Shown in pieces: positions 1 through 8,580 of a stretch of 38,552 bases of DNA. Both the position numbers and the translations under genes were made by a program. The first letter of the stretch is position 1; each line of letters opens with the position of its first letter. This DNA comes from Bacteroidota bacterium (GTDB lineage: Bacteria > Bacteroidota > Bacteroidia > UKL13-3), in the NCBI GenBank assembly GCA_004293295.1, contig RDYC01000186.1, forward strand, positions 1 to 38,552, in the 5' to 3' direction. Below the pieces are notes generated by a model. It did not search any database. It had not been told where the DNA came from and was given only the letters and a program-made list of their open reading frames with translations.

Positions 1-299
1 GTATGTACTTCAAAAAAACGCTCAGTTGGTGTTCCAAGTAAAGTAGAGCTGTTCCATTGTGGAATAATAGAAGTGGCATTAAACGAGCTATTGTAAGGGT
101 AATTTCCTATAGAGATACCACTTAAAGCAGGTGATTCAATAAAATAAGAACGACCCAACACGGCTAACTTTTCAGTTTGACCTGATGGAGGCGTGCTATA
201 TCCAAGGGATATGTTGTTGCCGGAAACGACTTTTAATTGTGCTTTGGTGAATTGAGCGATTGAAATTACCAACAGGAGAGATAAGGTTAATTTTTTCAT
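1..299 (-). CDS. secreted hypothetical protein, N-terminal part only (gene runs off the left edge)
   Basis: Manual reverse-complement translation from ATG (299-297) gives MKKLTLSLLLVISIAQFTKAQLKVVSGNNISLGYSTPPSGQTEKLAVLGRSYF..., open to position 1. Signal-peptide-like N-terminus. Absent from the ORF track because it is truncated. Confidence 0.6.
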   Translation of the reverse strand, partial: MKKLTLSLLLVISIAQFTKAQLKVVSGNNISLGYSTPPSGQTEKLAVLGRSYFIESPALSGISIGNYPYNSSFNATSIIPQWNSSTLLGTPTERFFEVH

Positions 300-615
300 G
301 TGTTTAAATCGTTTATAATAAATGGTACAATAATTTAGCTATTTATTTTGGTTTAAACCGATATTTTGTCATATTTTAGTCATAAGTCTTGTTTTGGAGA
401 GGTGACTCCATAATAACTATTTAGCAGTTAACAGATGAATGGTTTAGCGTTATTCAGTCGATTTTAACCCTTAAATGTGTTATCATGACCTATAGAAGTA
501 AACAAAGGCTTTTTATTAACCATCAAAGTTCATACACAGGGCTATCTTTTTAGAAGATGTATGCATCCAATATCTCTTATTCATCCTGTTTCATACTTTA
601 TCTTATCTTCGCTTT

Positions 616-1701
616 ATGAGTTGGTTATTACCTGATATTATCATCCTTGAAAATAGATTGGAAGACATCTTAATCTTTGTTGCAATATTGCTGGTTGGGG
701 TGTTTTTTAAGCCTTTTTGTGCTAAACTTTTAAGCAGGCAGTCATTTAGAATCTTTAAGGCATTCTCCCGGAATAAATTTGGTGAAGTATTTGTTGATTT
801 GCTAAGAAAGCCCATCGAGCGAATTATTTTTTTGTTGGTGATTTATTACGCTTTTGAAAGATTAAGTTTTCCTACCTCATGGAACCTGGCTCCGGTTGAT
901 AAGATTGGGCTGCGCTGGCTGGTATTAACGGTATGGCAAATTATACTTACTATTTATGTGTGTAGAATGTTACTGTGCACAACCGACTTTTTTACCCATG
1001 TGCTTATTAATCGGGAGGAGTCACCAATTTCTCCGGAACTGGGCATGTTCTTAAAAGAGTTAATCAAGGTGGTAATTGTAATATTATGTGTATTTGCAGG
1101 CTTGAGGTTTGTTTTCCATATCAATATCACCGCATTAATAGCCTCACTCGGAATTGGAGGTTTAGCGGTTGCATTAGCCGCACAGGATACGCTTGCAAAC
1201 CTATTAGGTTCTTTTGTAATCTATCTGGATAAACCCTTTAAAGCAGGCGACTATATTGAATCAGGTGAAATTAAGGGAGTGATTGAGCATGTGGGATTCA
1301 GGACTACCCGTATACGAACTTTAGAAAAGAGTTTGTTAACGGTTCCCAACAAGAAGTTAATTGATACCGCGCTAAACAATATCACTATGAGTGAGGCGAG
1401 AAGGGTTAAATTTAATATTGCGCTCACTTATTCGAGTAAGTCTAATCAAATACTTTCGATAATTACAGATATCAAACAACTGCTTGATGAGCATGAACTC
1501 GTGAGTAAAGATATCACGGTAAGGTTTGCTGATTTTGACACCAGTTCATTGAATATTCTGGTAATTTATTTCGTAATGAGCAATGACTATGATATGATGA
1601 TTCGCGTGAAGGAGGAATTAAATATTAGGATATTAGAAATTGTTGAAAAGAACGATTGCAGGTTTGCATACCCAACACAAACCCTTTACCTCCATCAATA
1701 A
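616..1701 (+). CDS. small-conductance mechanosensitive channel (MscS family)
   Basis: 361-aa ORF. Hydrophobic N-terminal helices are followed by the MscS pore/beta-domain signature LGIGGLAVALAAQDTLANLLGSFVIYLDKPFKAGDYI...GVIEHVGFRTTRIRT. Confidence 0.9.
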   Translation: MSWLLPDIIILENRLEDILIFVAILLVGVFFKPFCAKLLSRQSFRIFKAFSRNKFGEVFVDLLRKPIERIIFLLVIYYAFERLSFPTSWNLAPVDKIGLRWLVLTVWQIILTIYVCRMLLCTTDFFTHVLINREESPISPELGMFLKELIKVVIVILCVFAGLRFVFHINITALIASLGIGGLAVALAAQDTLANLLGSFVIYLDKPFKAGDYIESGEIKGVIEHVGFRTTRIRTLEKSLLTVPNKKLIDTALNNITMSEARRVKFNIALTYSSKSNQILSIITDIKQLLDEHELVSKDITVRFADFDTSSLNILVIYFVMSNDYDMMIRVKEELNIRILEIVEKNDCRFAYPTQTLYLHQ

Positions 1702-2564
1702 TCAAGCGTGTTAAAGCAATACATTAAATCATTTAATGAGGTAATTTCTTTGGCATTTATTATACCAATCCATGCTGCAAATCCCTGGTACAATTCAGTG
1801 ATGGTATAGTGTTGTTTGAAATCGGCTAAACTAAAACTACCGGCTGATTTGGAGAGCTTGTTCCCTTGTTCATTCACCAACAAAGGGTGATGATAAAACT
1901 TAGTATGGATAAAACTTTTAAGTTGAAGTTGATGAGATAAAAAAAGCTGGAAACAAGTACTGGCTAATAAATCTTCACCGCGCACTATGCAATTTATCCC
2001 ATAATCAACATCATCAATTAAACTAATGAGTTGATAGGCCGGTAACCCATCTTTTCGTTTAATTACAGGATGTGTAAGGGTATTACCCAGCGTTAAGCTT
2101 ACCTGTTTTTGGGTAAAGTGGTCAAAGAAAAACTGAGTTGTTGTTGAAGGAAGCAAGCGCCAATTGCAACCATCTTTTAAAGGCAATTGCTTACCAATAC
2201 AAACTCCCGGATAATTAGGGTAATCACCAATGGATTTTCTGGAGCATGTACAAGCAAAAAGACGCCCATCATTCTTGAGTAATTCAATATAATGCTGATA
2301 AATTTCCAGCCGCTGTCCTTGGCTATAAGTAAAAGCCTCACCGGCATTTTGTGGCCCCAATTGCCAATAAATACCTAACCAATCTAATGCATAAAATAAG
2401 TCATCAATAAAGGACTGCTTAGTCCGCAAACCATCATGGTCGTCAATACGCAAGCGCAGTTCACCTTTGTGCTTACTTATTAGTAAAAAAGTAAACAAAA
2501 AACTATAAGCATTACCCAAGTGTAAAAAGCCACTTGGTGTTGGTGCTATTCTACCCTTAATCAT
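1695..2564 (-). CDS. gluQ: glutamyl-Q tRNA(Asp) synthetase (GluRS catalytic-domain paralogue)
   Basis: 289 aa. HIGH-type motif (PSGFLHLGN), KMSKS-type motif (KLSKS) and a CxC...Y...C zinc-site-like pattern (ACTCSRK...YPGVC). The length fits a catalytic domain without an anticodon-binding domain. Confidence 0.85.
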   Translation of the reverse strand: MIKGRIAPTPSGFLHLGNAYSFLFTFLLISKHKGELRLRIDDHDGLRTKQSFIDDLFYALDWLGIYWQLGPQNAGEAFTYSQGQRLEIYQHYIELLKNDGRLFACTCSRKSIGDYPNYPGVCIGKQLPLKDGCNWRLLPSTTTQFFFDHFTQKQVSLTLGNTLTHPVIKRKDGLPAYQLISLIDDVDYGINCIVRGEDLLASTCFQLFLSHQLQLKSFIHTKFYHHPLLVNEQGNKLSKSAGSFSLADFKQHYTITELYQGFAAWIGIINAKEITSLNDLMYCFNTLDY

Positions 2565-2663
2565 AATTTTATGTTCTAATAATGAATTAGTTACAAATAA
2601 AGCGCAAATATTGCTTAAAAATTAATTTCAGTTTAATAATAAAATTATCATCTTTGAATCGCG

Positions 2664-2710
2664 TTATTGATAACAATAAGATAACAATTGTTCTTTACAT
2701 CTATCAATAA
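2664..2710. promoter_or_regulatory. repeat-dense operator-like segment in the divergent intergenic region
   Basis: TTATTGATA (2664-2672) and its exact reverse complement TATCAATAA (2702-2710) bracket two direct GATAACAAT copies (2669-2677 and 2680-2688, 11-nt register) and the palindrome ACAATTGT (2684-2691). Confidence 0.3.
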
Positions 2711-2815
2711 CCGACTGCGGGCATAAGCGCAGTCCACTGGTTCGCCCTCGTGGGGTTTAATGGTTATACAGGCTAATTAAGGAACTCCTCCCGGAGTTCC
2801 TGATTAGCTGTTTTT
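2711..2815 (+). ncRNA. unclassified structured RNA element, copy 1 (5' hairpin + conserved module + terminator-like hairpin)
   Basis: 7-bp hairpin GACUGCG/CGCAGUC (2713-2719 / 2728-2734). Conserved 72-nt module at 2744-2815 ends in a long imperfect hairpin (core GGAACUCC-UCCC-GGAGUUCC, extended by CUAAU/AUUAG and CAG/CUG) followed by TTTTT (2811-2815). Confidence 0.45.
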
Positions 2816-2837
2816 AGGTCCAAACAGCGAACAACCT

Positions 2838-2941
2838 CCGACTACAGGTTTCAGTAGTCCACTTAGTTTGCCCTCGTGGGGTTTAATGGTTATACAGGCT
2901 AATTAAGGAACTCCTCCCGGAGTTCCTGATTAGCTGTTTTT
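2838..2941 (+). ncRNA. unclassified structured RNA element, copy 2
   Basis: 6-bp hairpin GACUAC/GUAGUC (2840-2845 / 2854-2859). The 72-nt module at 2870-2941 is identical to 2744-2815, including the long hairpin and T-run (2937-2941). Confidence 0.45.
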
Positions 2942-3026
2942 GGTAAAATTCTTTCAAAATACGTTTTATTGTTTGTTATTGTGCCAATTCATGTTGAAAT
3001 TTGTTTTCTAGCGCAATAAAATTCAG

Positions 3027-6000
3027 GTGATTAAAAAACCATATTTTCTTCTCAAATTACTGTCTCTTTCAGGGCTTTTAGTGCTGCCAATGCTAAGCGT
3101 AGGCCAAGGTATGTACACGCAATTTGGCCAAAACAGGGTGCAATACAGCAAATTTGTTTGGAGTTTTGTGCGGTCAGAGAATTTTGATGCTTATTTCTAT
3201 TCAGGGGGAAAAGAGTTGGCTACTTTTGCTGCTCGCACTGCGGAAGAGCAACTTGGGCAAATCGAAAAATTAATAGACCACAGGCTCAGCGAAAAGGTTG
3301 AAATAGTGATCTATAATACCCAACAAGAATACAAGCAGGCAAACTTTGGTTTATCTGATCAGCCGGCAAATTTGGGAGGCATTACCCAAGCAACAGATAA
3401 CAGGTTTTTCGTTTATTTTAATGGCAATAGGGGGGATTTTGAAAAAAGAATTAAAGAGGGTTTGGCCTTGGTGTTAATTAACGAATTGCTTTTTGGCGGC
3501 AATATCCAAGAGCGAATTTCAAACGCAGCACTGCTCAATTTGCCGGACTGGTTTTTAAGGGGCCTCACAGCCTATTTAAGTGACCCATGGAATACAACAT
3601 TAGATAATAAGTTAAAAGACATTATTGTAAGTGGTAAACTTAAAAAGTTTAACCGGTTACTTTATAAGGAACCGCTGTTTGCCGGGCAATCATTTTGGCG
3701 CTTTTTAGTGGAGAAGTATGGCAATGATGTTATTGCTAATATGCTATACATAACTAGGCTTAGCAGAAATTATGAAACTGCATTGATTTATGTTACCGGT
3801 ATTGATTTAAAAGTGGCCAGTAAAGATTGGCTTGCATTTTATAAAGAACAATACGCAAAGGAGGACAACATGAGGACCCTTCCACTGCAGCAAATTAAGG
3901 TTAAAAAACGCCTTACGCCTTACATAGAACCAAAATTTAAGGTAGCTCCCAAGGGCGACTTTGTGGCGTTTACCACCAACAAGAGAGGTAAATTTAAGGT
4001 TTGGCTGGTTAATACCACCACACAAAAACATAAGCGCATTCATAAGGGGGGGCTAAAGTATAATCAGCGCGAGTTGGATCATTCTTTCCCAATGTTAGCC
4101 TGGCATCCGGGAGGAGAAAAAATTTCATATGTGCATGAAAGAAGAGGTAAAATATACATTACCACCGTAGATTTAATCAAAAAGAAGAAAACCAAAATCC
4201 TCTTTTTAAAGTTCGATAAAATAACCGGATTTGCTTATTCTGATAATGGAAATACATTAATCATATCAGCAATAAGAAAAGGACAAAGCGATTTGTACTT
4301 GTATGACATGCAAACCAGAAGAGAACGGCAAATAACCAACGATCCTTTTGATGATTTGTATCCAACATATGCAGATGGGGGAGGTAAGATACTGTTTGCT
4401 TCTAACCGAAATAGTGATTCATTGGGAAGTGCCGCTCCTATGACACTCGATGTAAACAATAACTTGGATATCTATGTGTACGATTTAGAAAAAACAGGCC
4501 AACCCGATGCTATTAAAAGATTAAGTAATACACCCGGTATTAATGAGATACATCCGGTTGAATACAATAATAATTACTACAGCTACCTAACAGAATACAA
4601 TGGTATTGTAAACAGGTATGCCGTTCGTGTTGAAGAACAATATGATTTTACAGAATTACGTGTTGTTAGAAAAGATTCATTAAAAACCATTGATACCCTG
4701 TATTACGAACGTTTAGAAGACAGGGGTAGCGTGTTCGATTATAATGGTAAAACGATAAGGTTAGGTGAAGATGTGGAAAGAATAGATACCGTGATTCATA
4801 ATAAGGATGTGGTATTTACTTACCCATTAACAAATTATAACAGAAGTATTTTAGCACATGACGTTTGCAAACAAAAGCAACTTACCTACGATTTTGTATT
4901 GAGCAAAAAGCGGTACAATATTTTTTATTCAGCAGTAGAGAAACAAATTGAAGAAACCGGACAAAAAATAGAAACCTATCCCAATTTATTCCGCCTTAAA
5001 ACAGGTTATGCTACCAAACCATTCATGATTGGTCCGGTTGTGTTTAAACCACGAAGTATTCCGGGGCTTGTAGTGGTTGCGCCCAATCAAGAACAACCCG
5101 CAGAGGTGGTTGATTCTGTTAAAAAAGATGATTTCTTTTTTGTGACTGAATTTACACCAAACTCATTCAAGGCGGAAGATGTAAAAACAACATTTAAAGC
5201 AGAAGCAAAACCCATTGACAAATTTTTGAAAGTAAGTGGGGCAAAATTCTATAACATTACTTTTTTTCAAGATAAGCTCGTAACGCAGGTTGATAACTCC
5301 GTGTTAAACACGTATTACCAGCCCATTACACCTGGCGGAGCCAACTTATTTAATACAGGGCTTAATGGCATGTTTAAATATGGGCTTATTGATTTGTTTG
5401 AAGATTATAAGCTGGTTGGAGGTTTTCGCCTTCCTTTTCTGTTAAATGGTGCAGATGTGTTTGTTACCTACGAAAGTTTAAAGCGAAGGCTAGACCACCG
5501 CATTACCTATTTTCGCCAAATGAGAGAGGGTACTTTTGAGGGTACTCCTGTAAAGAGCACGGTAAATGAATTGCGTTATGAAACAAATTACCCGATAAAT
5601 CAAGTATTGAGTTTAAGGGCTAACATATTCGGCAGGATAGACAGGGACGTATTTAAAGGAGTGAATTACCCAACTTTGGCAAAGGCAGATAAATTTACAA
5701 TCTGGACGGGCTATAAGGGAGAATTGGTTTTTGATAACACCATACCGAGAGGGCTGAATTTACTGGATGGCACGAGGTTTAAGGTGTTTTTTGAACAATA
5801 CATTAACTTTCAAGATGAGGAGGTAAGGCTTAATGTAGCCGGATTTGATTTTAGGCACTATGAGCCTATTCATCGCAATATTATTTTCTGTGGCCGCTTG
5901 TCTGCCAACACCAGCTGGGGTAAGAGAAAAGTGCGTTATGTTATGGGAGGAGTTGATAACTGGTTATTTCCACAATATGAAACAGCAAACAATAGCCCTT

Positions 6001-6437
6001 TCGGTACGGAACAATATGCTTTTGAAGCACTTGCTACCAACATGAGGGGATTTAAACAAAACATTCGCAATGGAAGCACTTTTGCTGTGGCAAGCGCTGA
6101 AATACGCATCCCAATTGTTTCTTACATTGCAAACAGACCTATTCGATCGGATTTTTTAAATAATTTTTTAATTGTACCGTTTTTTGATATTGGTACTGCT
6201 TGGACCGGTTCAGGGCCTTACAGCGATGAGAATACCTTTAACCAAAAAGTTATTCAAACAGGTAATGTAAGGGCAACAGTAATTAATGTGAGGGAGCCAA
6301 TAGTAGCAGGCTTTGGTCCAGGCGTTCGCAGTAAACTTTTTGGGTATTATGTGAGGCTTGATATGGCTTATGGAATTCAAGACCGGGAGATAGCTGAAAA
6401 ACCGATTTATCACTTATCCATAAGTATGGACTTTTAG
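3027..6437 (+). CDS. large outer-membrane protein: signal peptide, PD40/TolB-like beta-propeller repeats, C-terminal Omp85-like beta-barrel
   Basis: 1136 aa with GTG start and signal peptide MIKKPYFLLKLLSLSGLLVLPMLSVGQG. PD40-like repeats (DLYLYDMQTRRERQITNDPFDDLYPTYADGGGKILFASNR). C-terminal Omp85-like strings (NMRGFKQN...AVASAEIRIPI...FFDIGTAW) and a terminal Phe (SISMDF). Confidence 0.7.
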   Translation: MIKKPYFLLKLLSLSGLLVLPMLSVGQGMYTQFGQNRVQYSKFVWSFVRSENFDAYFYSGGKELATFAARTAEEQLGQIEKLIDHRLSEKVEIVIYNTQQEYKQANFGLSDQPANLGGITQATDNRFFVYFNGNRGDFEKRIKEGLALVLINELLFGGNIQERISNAALLNLPDWFLRGLTAYLSDPWNTTLDNKLKDIIVSGKLKKFNRLLYKEPLFAGQSFWRFLVEKYGNDVIANMLYITRLSRNYETALIYVTGIDLKVASKDWLAFYKEQYAKEDNMRTLPLQQIKVKKRLTPYIEPKFKVAPKGDFVAFTTNKRGKFKVWLVNTTTQKHKRIHKGGLKYNQRELDHSFPMLAWHPGGEKISYVHERRGKIYITTVDLIKKKKTKILFLKFDKITGFAYSDNGNTLIISAIRKGQSDLYLYDMQTRRERQITNDPFDDLYPTYADGGGKILFASNRNSDSLGSAAPMTLDVNNNLDIYVYDLEKTGQPDAIKRLSNTPGINEIHPVEYNNNYYSYLTEYNGIVNRYAVRVEEQYDFTELRVVRKDSLKTIDTLYYERLEDRGSVFDYNGKTIRLGEDVERIDTVIHNKDVVFTYPLTNYNRSILAHDVCKQKQLTYDFVLSKKRYNIFYSAVEKQIEETGQKIETYPNLFRLKTGYATKPFMIGPVVFKPRSIPGLVVVAPNQEQPAEVVDSVKKDDFFFVTEFTPNSFKAEDVKTTFKAEAKPIDKFLKVSGAKFYNITFFQDKLVTQVDNSVLNTYYQPITPGGANLFNTGLNGMFKYGLIDLFEDYKLVGGFRLPFLLNGADVFVTYESLKRRLDHRITYFRQMREGTFEGTPVKSTVNELRYETNYPINQVLSLRANIFGRIDRDVFKGVNYPTLAKADKFTIWTGYKGELVFDNTIPRGLNLLDGTRFKVFFEQYINFQDEEVRLNVAGFDFRHYEPIHRNIIFCGRLSANTSWGKRKVRYVMGGVDNWLFPQYETANNSPFGTEQYAFEALATNMRGFKQNIRNGSTFAVASAEIRIPIVSYIANRPIRSDFLNNFLIVPFFDIGTAWTGSGPYSDENTFNQKVIQTGNVRATVINVREPIVAGFGPGVRSKLFGYYVRLDMAYGIQDREIAEKPIYHLSISMDF

Positions 6438-6442
6438 CATCG

Positions 6443-7027
6443 CTATTGGTGCTTTCGACCTTCATTAAAACAATGCCGGCATCGGGCTTCATAAGTGTCC
6501 TTTTCCCCAAGCATTACTTGTTGGCTGTTAGCCGTTTTTCTAAATGAGTGTGTAGCCAAATCGCCACAAACCATGCAAATCGCATTTACTTTTGTAACGT
6601 ATTCGGCAATAGCCATTAAGGCTGGCATAGGGCCAAATGGTTTACCCAAATAATCCATGTCAAGGCCGGCAATAATAACCCGCACTCCTTTTTGTGCAAG
6701 GGTTTCGCATACGTAAATCAACTCACCATCAAAAAACTGTGCTTCATCTATGCCAATTACATCAGCATCTTTGCTAATTAGGAGAATATTTAATGAAGAT
6801 TCGACTGGTATTGCATGAACAGAATTGCTATTATGAGACACTACCTCGGTATCATGGTACCTGATATCAATTGCAGGTTTATAAATCTCAACCTTTAAGT
6901 TGGCAATACGGGCACGGTTAATGCGCCTGATGAGTTCCTCTGTTTTACCTGAAAACATGGAGCCGCATACCACTTCTATCCAGCCCTTTTTGTGCGATGT
7001 ATTTTTAAGTCGAGGTTCTAGAAACAT
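6443..7027 (-). CDS. tdk: thymidine kinase
   Basis: 194 aa. P-loop GSMFSGKTEELIRR, IGIDEAQFF, and a C-terminal Cys-rich zinc motif (CMVCG...CRHC). Confidence 0.93.
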   Translation of the reverse strand: MFLEPRLKNTSHKKGWIEVVCGSMFSGKTEELIRRINRARIANLKVEIYKPAIDIRYHDTEVVSHNSNSVHAIPVESSLNILLISKDADVIGIDEAQFFDGELIYVCETLAQKGVRVIIAGLDMDYLGKPFGPMPALMAIAEYVTKVNAICMVCGDLATHSFRKTANSQQVMLGEKDTYEARCRHCFNEGRKHQ

Positions 7028-7108
7028 TTACTTCTGCAAAGTCGTAAAAATAGATTAATTTTTCAGATTGATTTCTTTTTTACAACTTTGTATTGGTAAA
7101 AATCGCAC

Positions 7109-8005
7109 ATGAATCTGAATGACGCCCAACAAAAAATGAGTGTTGATATTGCTCAACTCTATGAAACATATCAACTCATCAGCAAAAATAAGCACCAGTT
7201 TAACGAATTGGATGTAGCACTGTTGCAGCAACAACTTTTATACGTTTATCGTTCACTATTGCAAGTGCAGCAAGCATTAGCGGATCTTCCTAAAGCAGCT
7301 ATAATTGAAGAGGCCGTGTTGCCAATAGCTGATGCGATTGCTCCAACGTTGCAAACTGAACAACCTGTAGTTGTAGAAACTCCTGCGGCAATTGAACCAG
7401 TTATTCTAGAAGAAGAGGTGGTTAAAAAAGAGGAATCCATAGCGGTTAAAAAGGAACCAACTGTTGTTCCTGCATCTTCGGGCTCCCTATTTGATGTGGA
7501 TACTCCTGTCTCTAAATTGAATAATGTGACTGAAAATGAGCCAACCTTGGACGATTTGGAGAAATTGCTGGAGAGTTCGGAGTCCAATGTTGCTGAAATT
7601 TCTGAGCCGGAAGAAGCGGCTCCTAAGGCAGATTTATCAGCTTACTCGTTTTTAACCGTTACTGAAACAAAAGCACCCGAGCCAGAAAAAATAGTTCATG
7701 AAACCTCATTACTGGATAAACTGGCAGCTGTGGCGCGCACTACCGAGGTTATTGATAAAATAACCCGTGAACAACAACAAAGCCTTAAACAAGCCATAAA
7801 CCTCAACAAAAAAATTGCCTTTGTGAATAACCTGTTCAACGAAAACACCGTGGAATACGCCAAAGCAATTGAAAAGTTAAACTCTTCCGGTACAGTACAC
7901 GAAGCATTACGTTATTTTAATGAACTGAAACACCAATATAATTGGAGTAACGAAAATGCTTTAGTAAAAGAATTGGAACAGTTAGTGGAGAAAAGGTTTT
8001 CTTAG
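7109..8005 (+). CDS. hypothetical protein with acidic low-complexity centre and conserved-looking C-terminal helical domain
   Basis: 298-aa ORF. E/A/V/P-rich middle. C-terminus KKIAFVNNLFNENTVEYAKAIEKLNSSGTVHEALRYFNELKHQYNW. No recognised catalytic motif. Confidence 0.6.
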   Translation: MNLNDAQQKMSVDIAQLYETYQLISKNKHQFNELDVALLQQQLLYVYRSLLQVQQALADLPKAAIIEEAVLPIADAIAPTLQTEQPVVVETPAAIEPVILEEEVVKKEESIAVKKEPTVVPASSGSLFDVDTPVSKLNNVTENEPTLDDLEKLLESSESNVAEISEPEEAAPKADLSAYSFLTVTETKAPEPEKIVHETSLLDKLAAVARTTEVIDKITREQQQSLKQAINLNKKIAFVNNLFNENTVEYAKAIEKLNSSGTVHEALRYFNELKHQYNWSNENALVKELEQLVEKRFS

Positions 8006-8580
8006 TTGTTAATGGCTTTTGCCAACTCATCACTCTCTGGTTTAACAGAAGAGGGATAATAAGCAACTAATTTTCCGGATTCGTTGATTAAAAATTTATT
8101 GAAGTTCCATTTTACTTCGTAGTCAGCAACACCGTTATTGCTTTTTTGGCAAAGCCACTGATAAATGGGGTGTTGGTTGCTGCCTTTCACATCAATTTTT
8201 TCGGTAAGCAAAAAAGTAACGCCATAGTTTTTCTTACAAAACGTGCTGATTTCCTCTTTGCTGCCCGGCTCTTGGCCTCCAAATTGGTTGCAAGGAAAAC
8301 CAATGATTACCAACTTATTTTTATACTGTTCGCTTAGTTTTTGCAATCCTTCGTATTGTTTGGTATACCCACATTCAGAAGCGGTATTTACACAGAGGAT
8401 TTTTTTGCCCTTAAAGTCTGATAAGTTAATACTTTTCTTGCCATCAAGGGTTTTTATGCTTAGTTCGTAGAAGCTTTTGTTTAACGCTGGGTGCATCACA
8501 TTTTTTGTTCCAAAAATAAAGCTATAAGCAATCATTCCAATTGCGGTTAGCGCACCAAATCCTAAAATTGTTTTTTTCAT
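8002..8580 (-). CDS. glutathione peroxidase family protein (Cys type) with N-terminal hydrophobic anchor or signal
   Basis: Motifs NTASECGYT and GFPCNQFGGQEPG. I place the start at the MKKTILGFGALTAIGMIAYSF Met (ATG 8580-8578) rather than the track's 8646, because the upstream extension overlaps ispH. Confidence 0.88.
   Translation of the reverse strand: MKKTILGFGALTAIGMIAYSFIFGTKNVMHPALNKSFYELSIKTLDGKKSINLSDFKGKKILCVNTASECGYTKQYEGLQKLSEQYKNKLVIIGFPCNQFGGQEPGSKEEISTFCKKNYGVTFLLTEKIDVKGSNQHPIYQWLCQKSNNGVADYEVKWNFNKFLINESGKLVAYYPSSVKPESDELAKAINN

Noticed and set aside
349-358. Perfect palindrome GGTTTAAACC in the 300-615 divergent spacer
   Set aside because: It is an isolated 10-nt AT-rich palindrome with no partner repeats or adjacent structure. 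Not distinguishable from chance.
2711-2941. Possible CRISPR-like repeat-spacer structure
   Set aside because: There are only two copies. The identical part is 72 nt, far longer than CRISPR repeats. There are no cas genes, and each unit ends in a hairpin plus T-run. It is better explained as a structured RNA or terminator module.
7246-7587. 113-aa minus-strand ORF (S/T-rich) in the ORF track
   Set aside because: It is antisense to the E/A/V-rich low-complexity part of the 7109-8005 gene. Its composition is the mirror artefact of that region, and it has no start context or motif.
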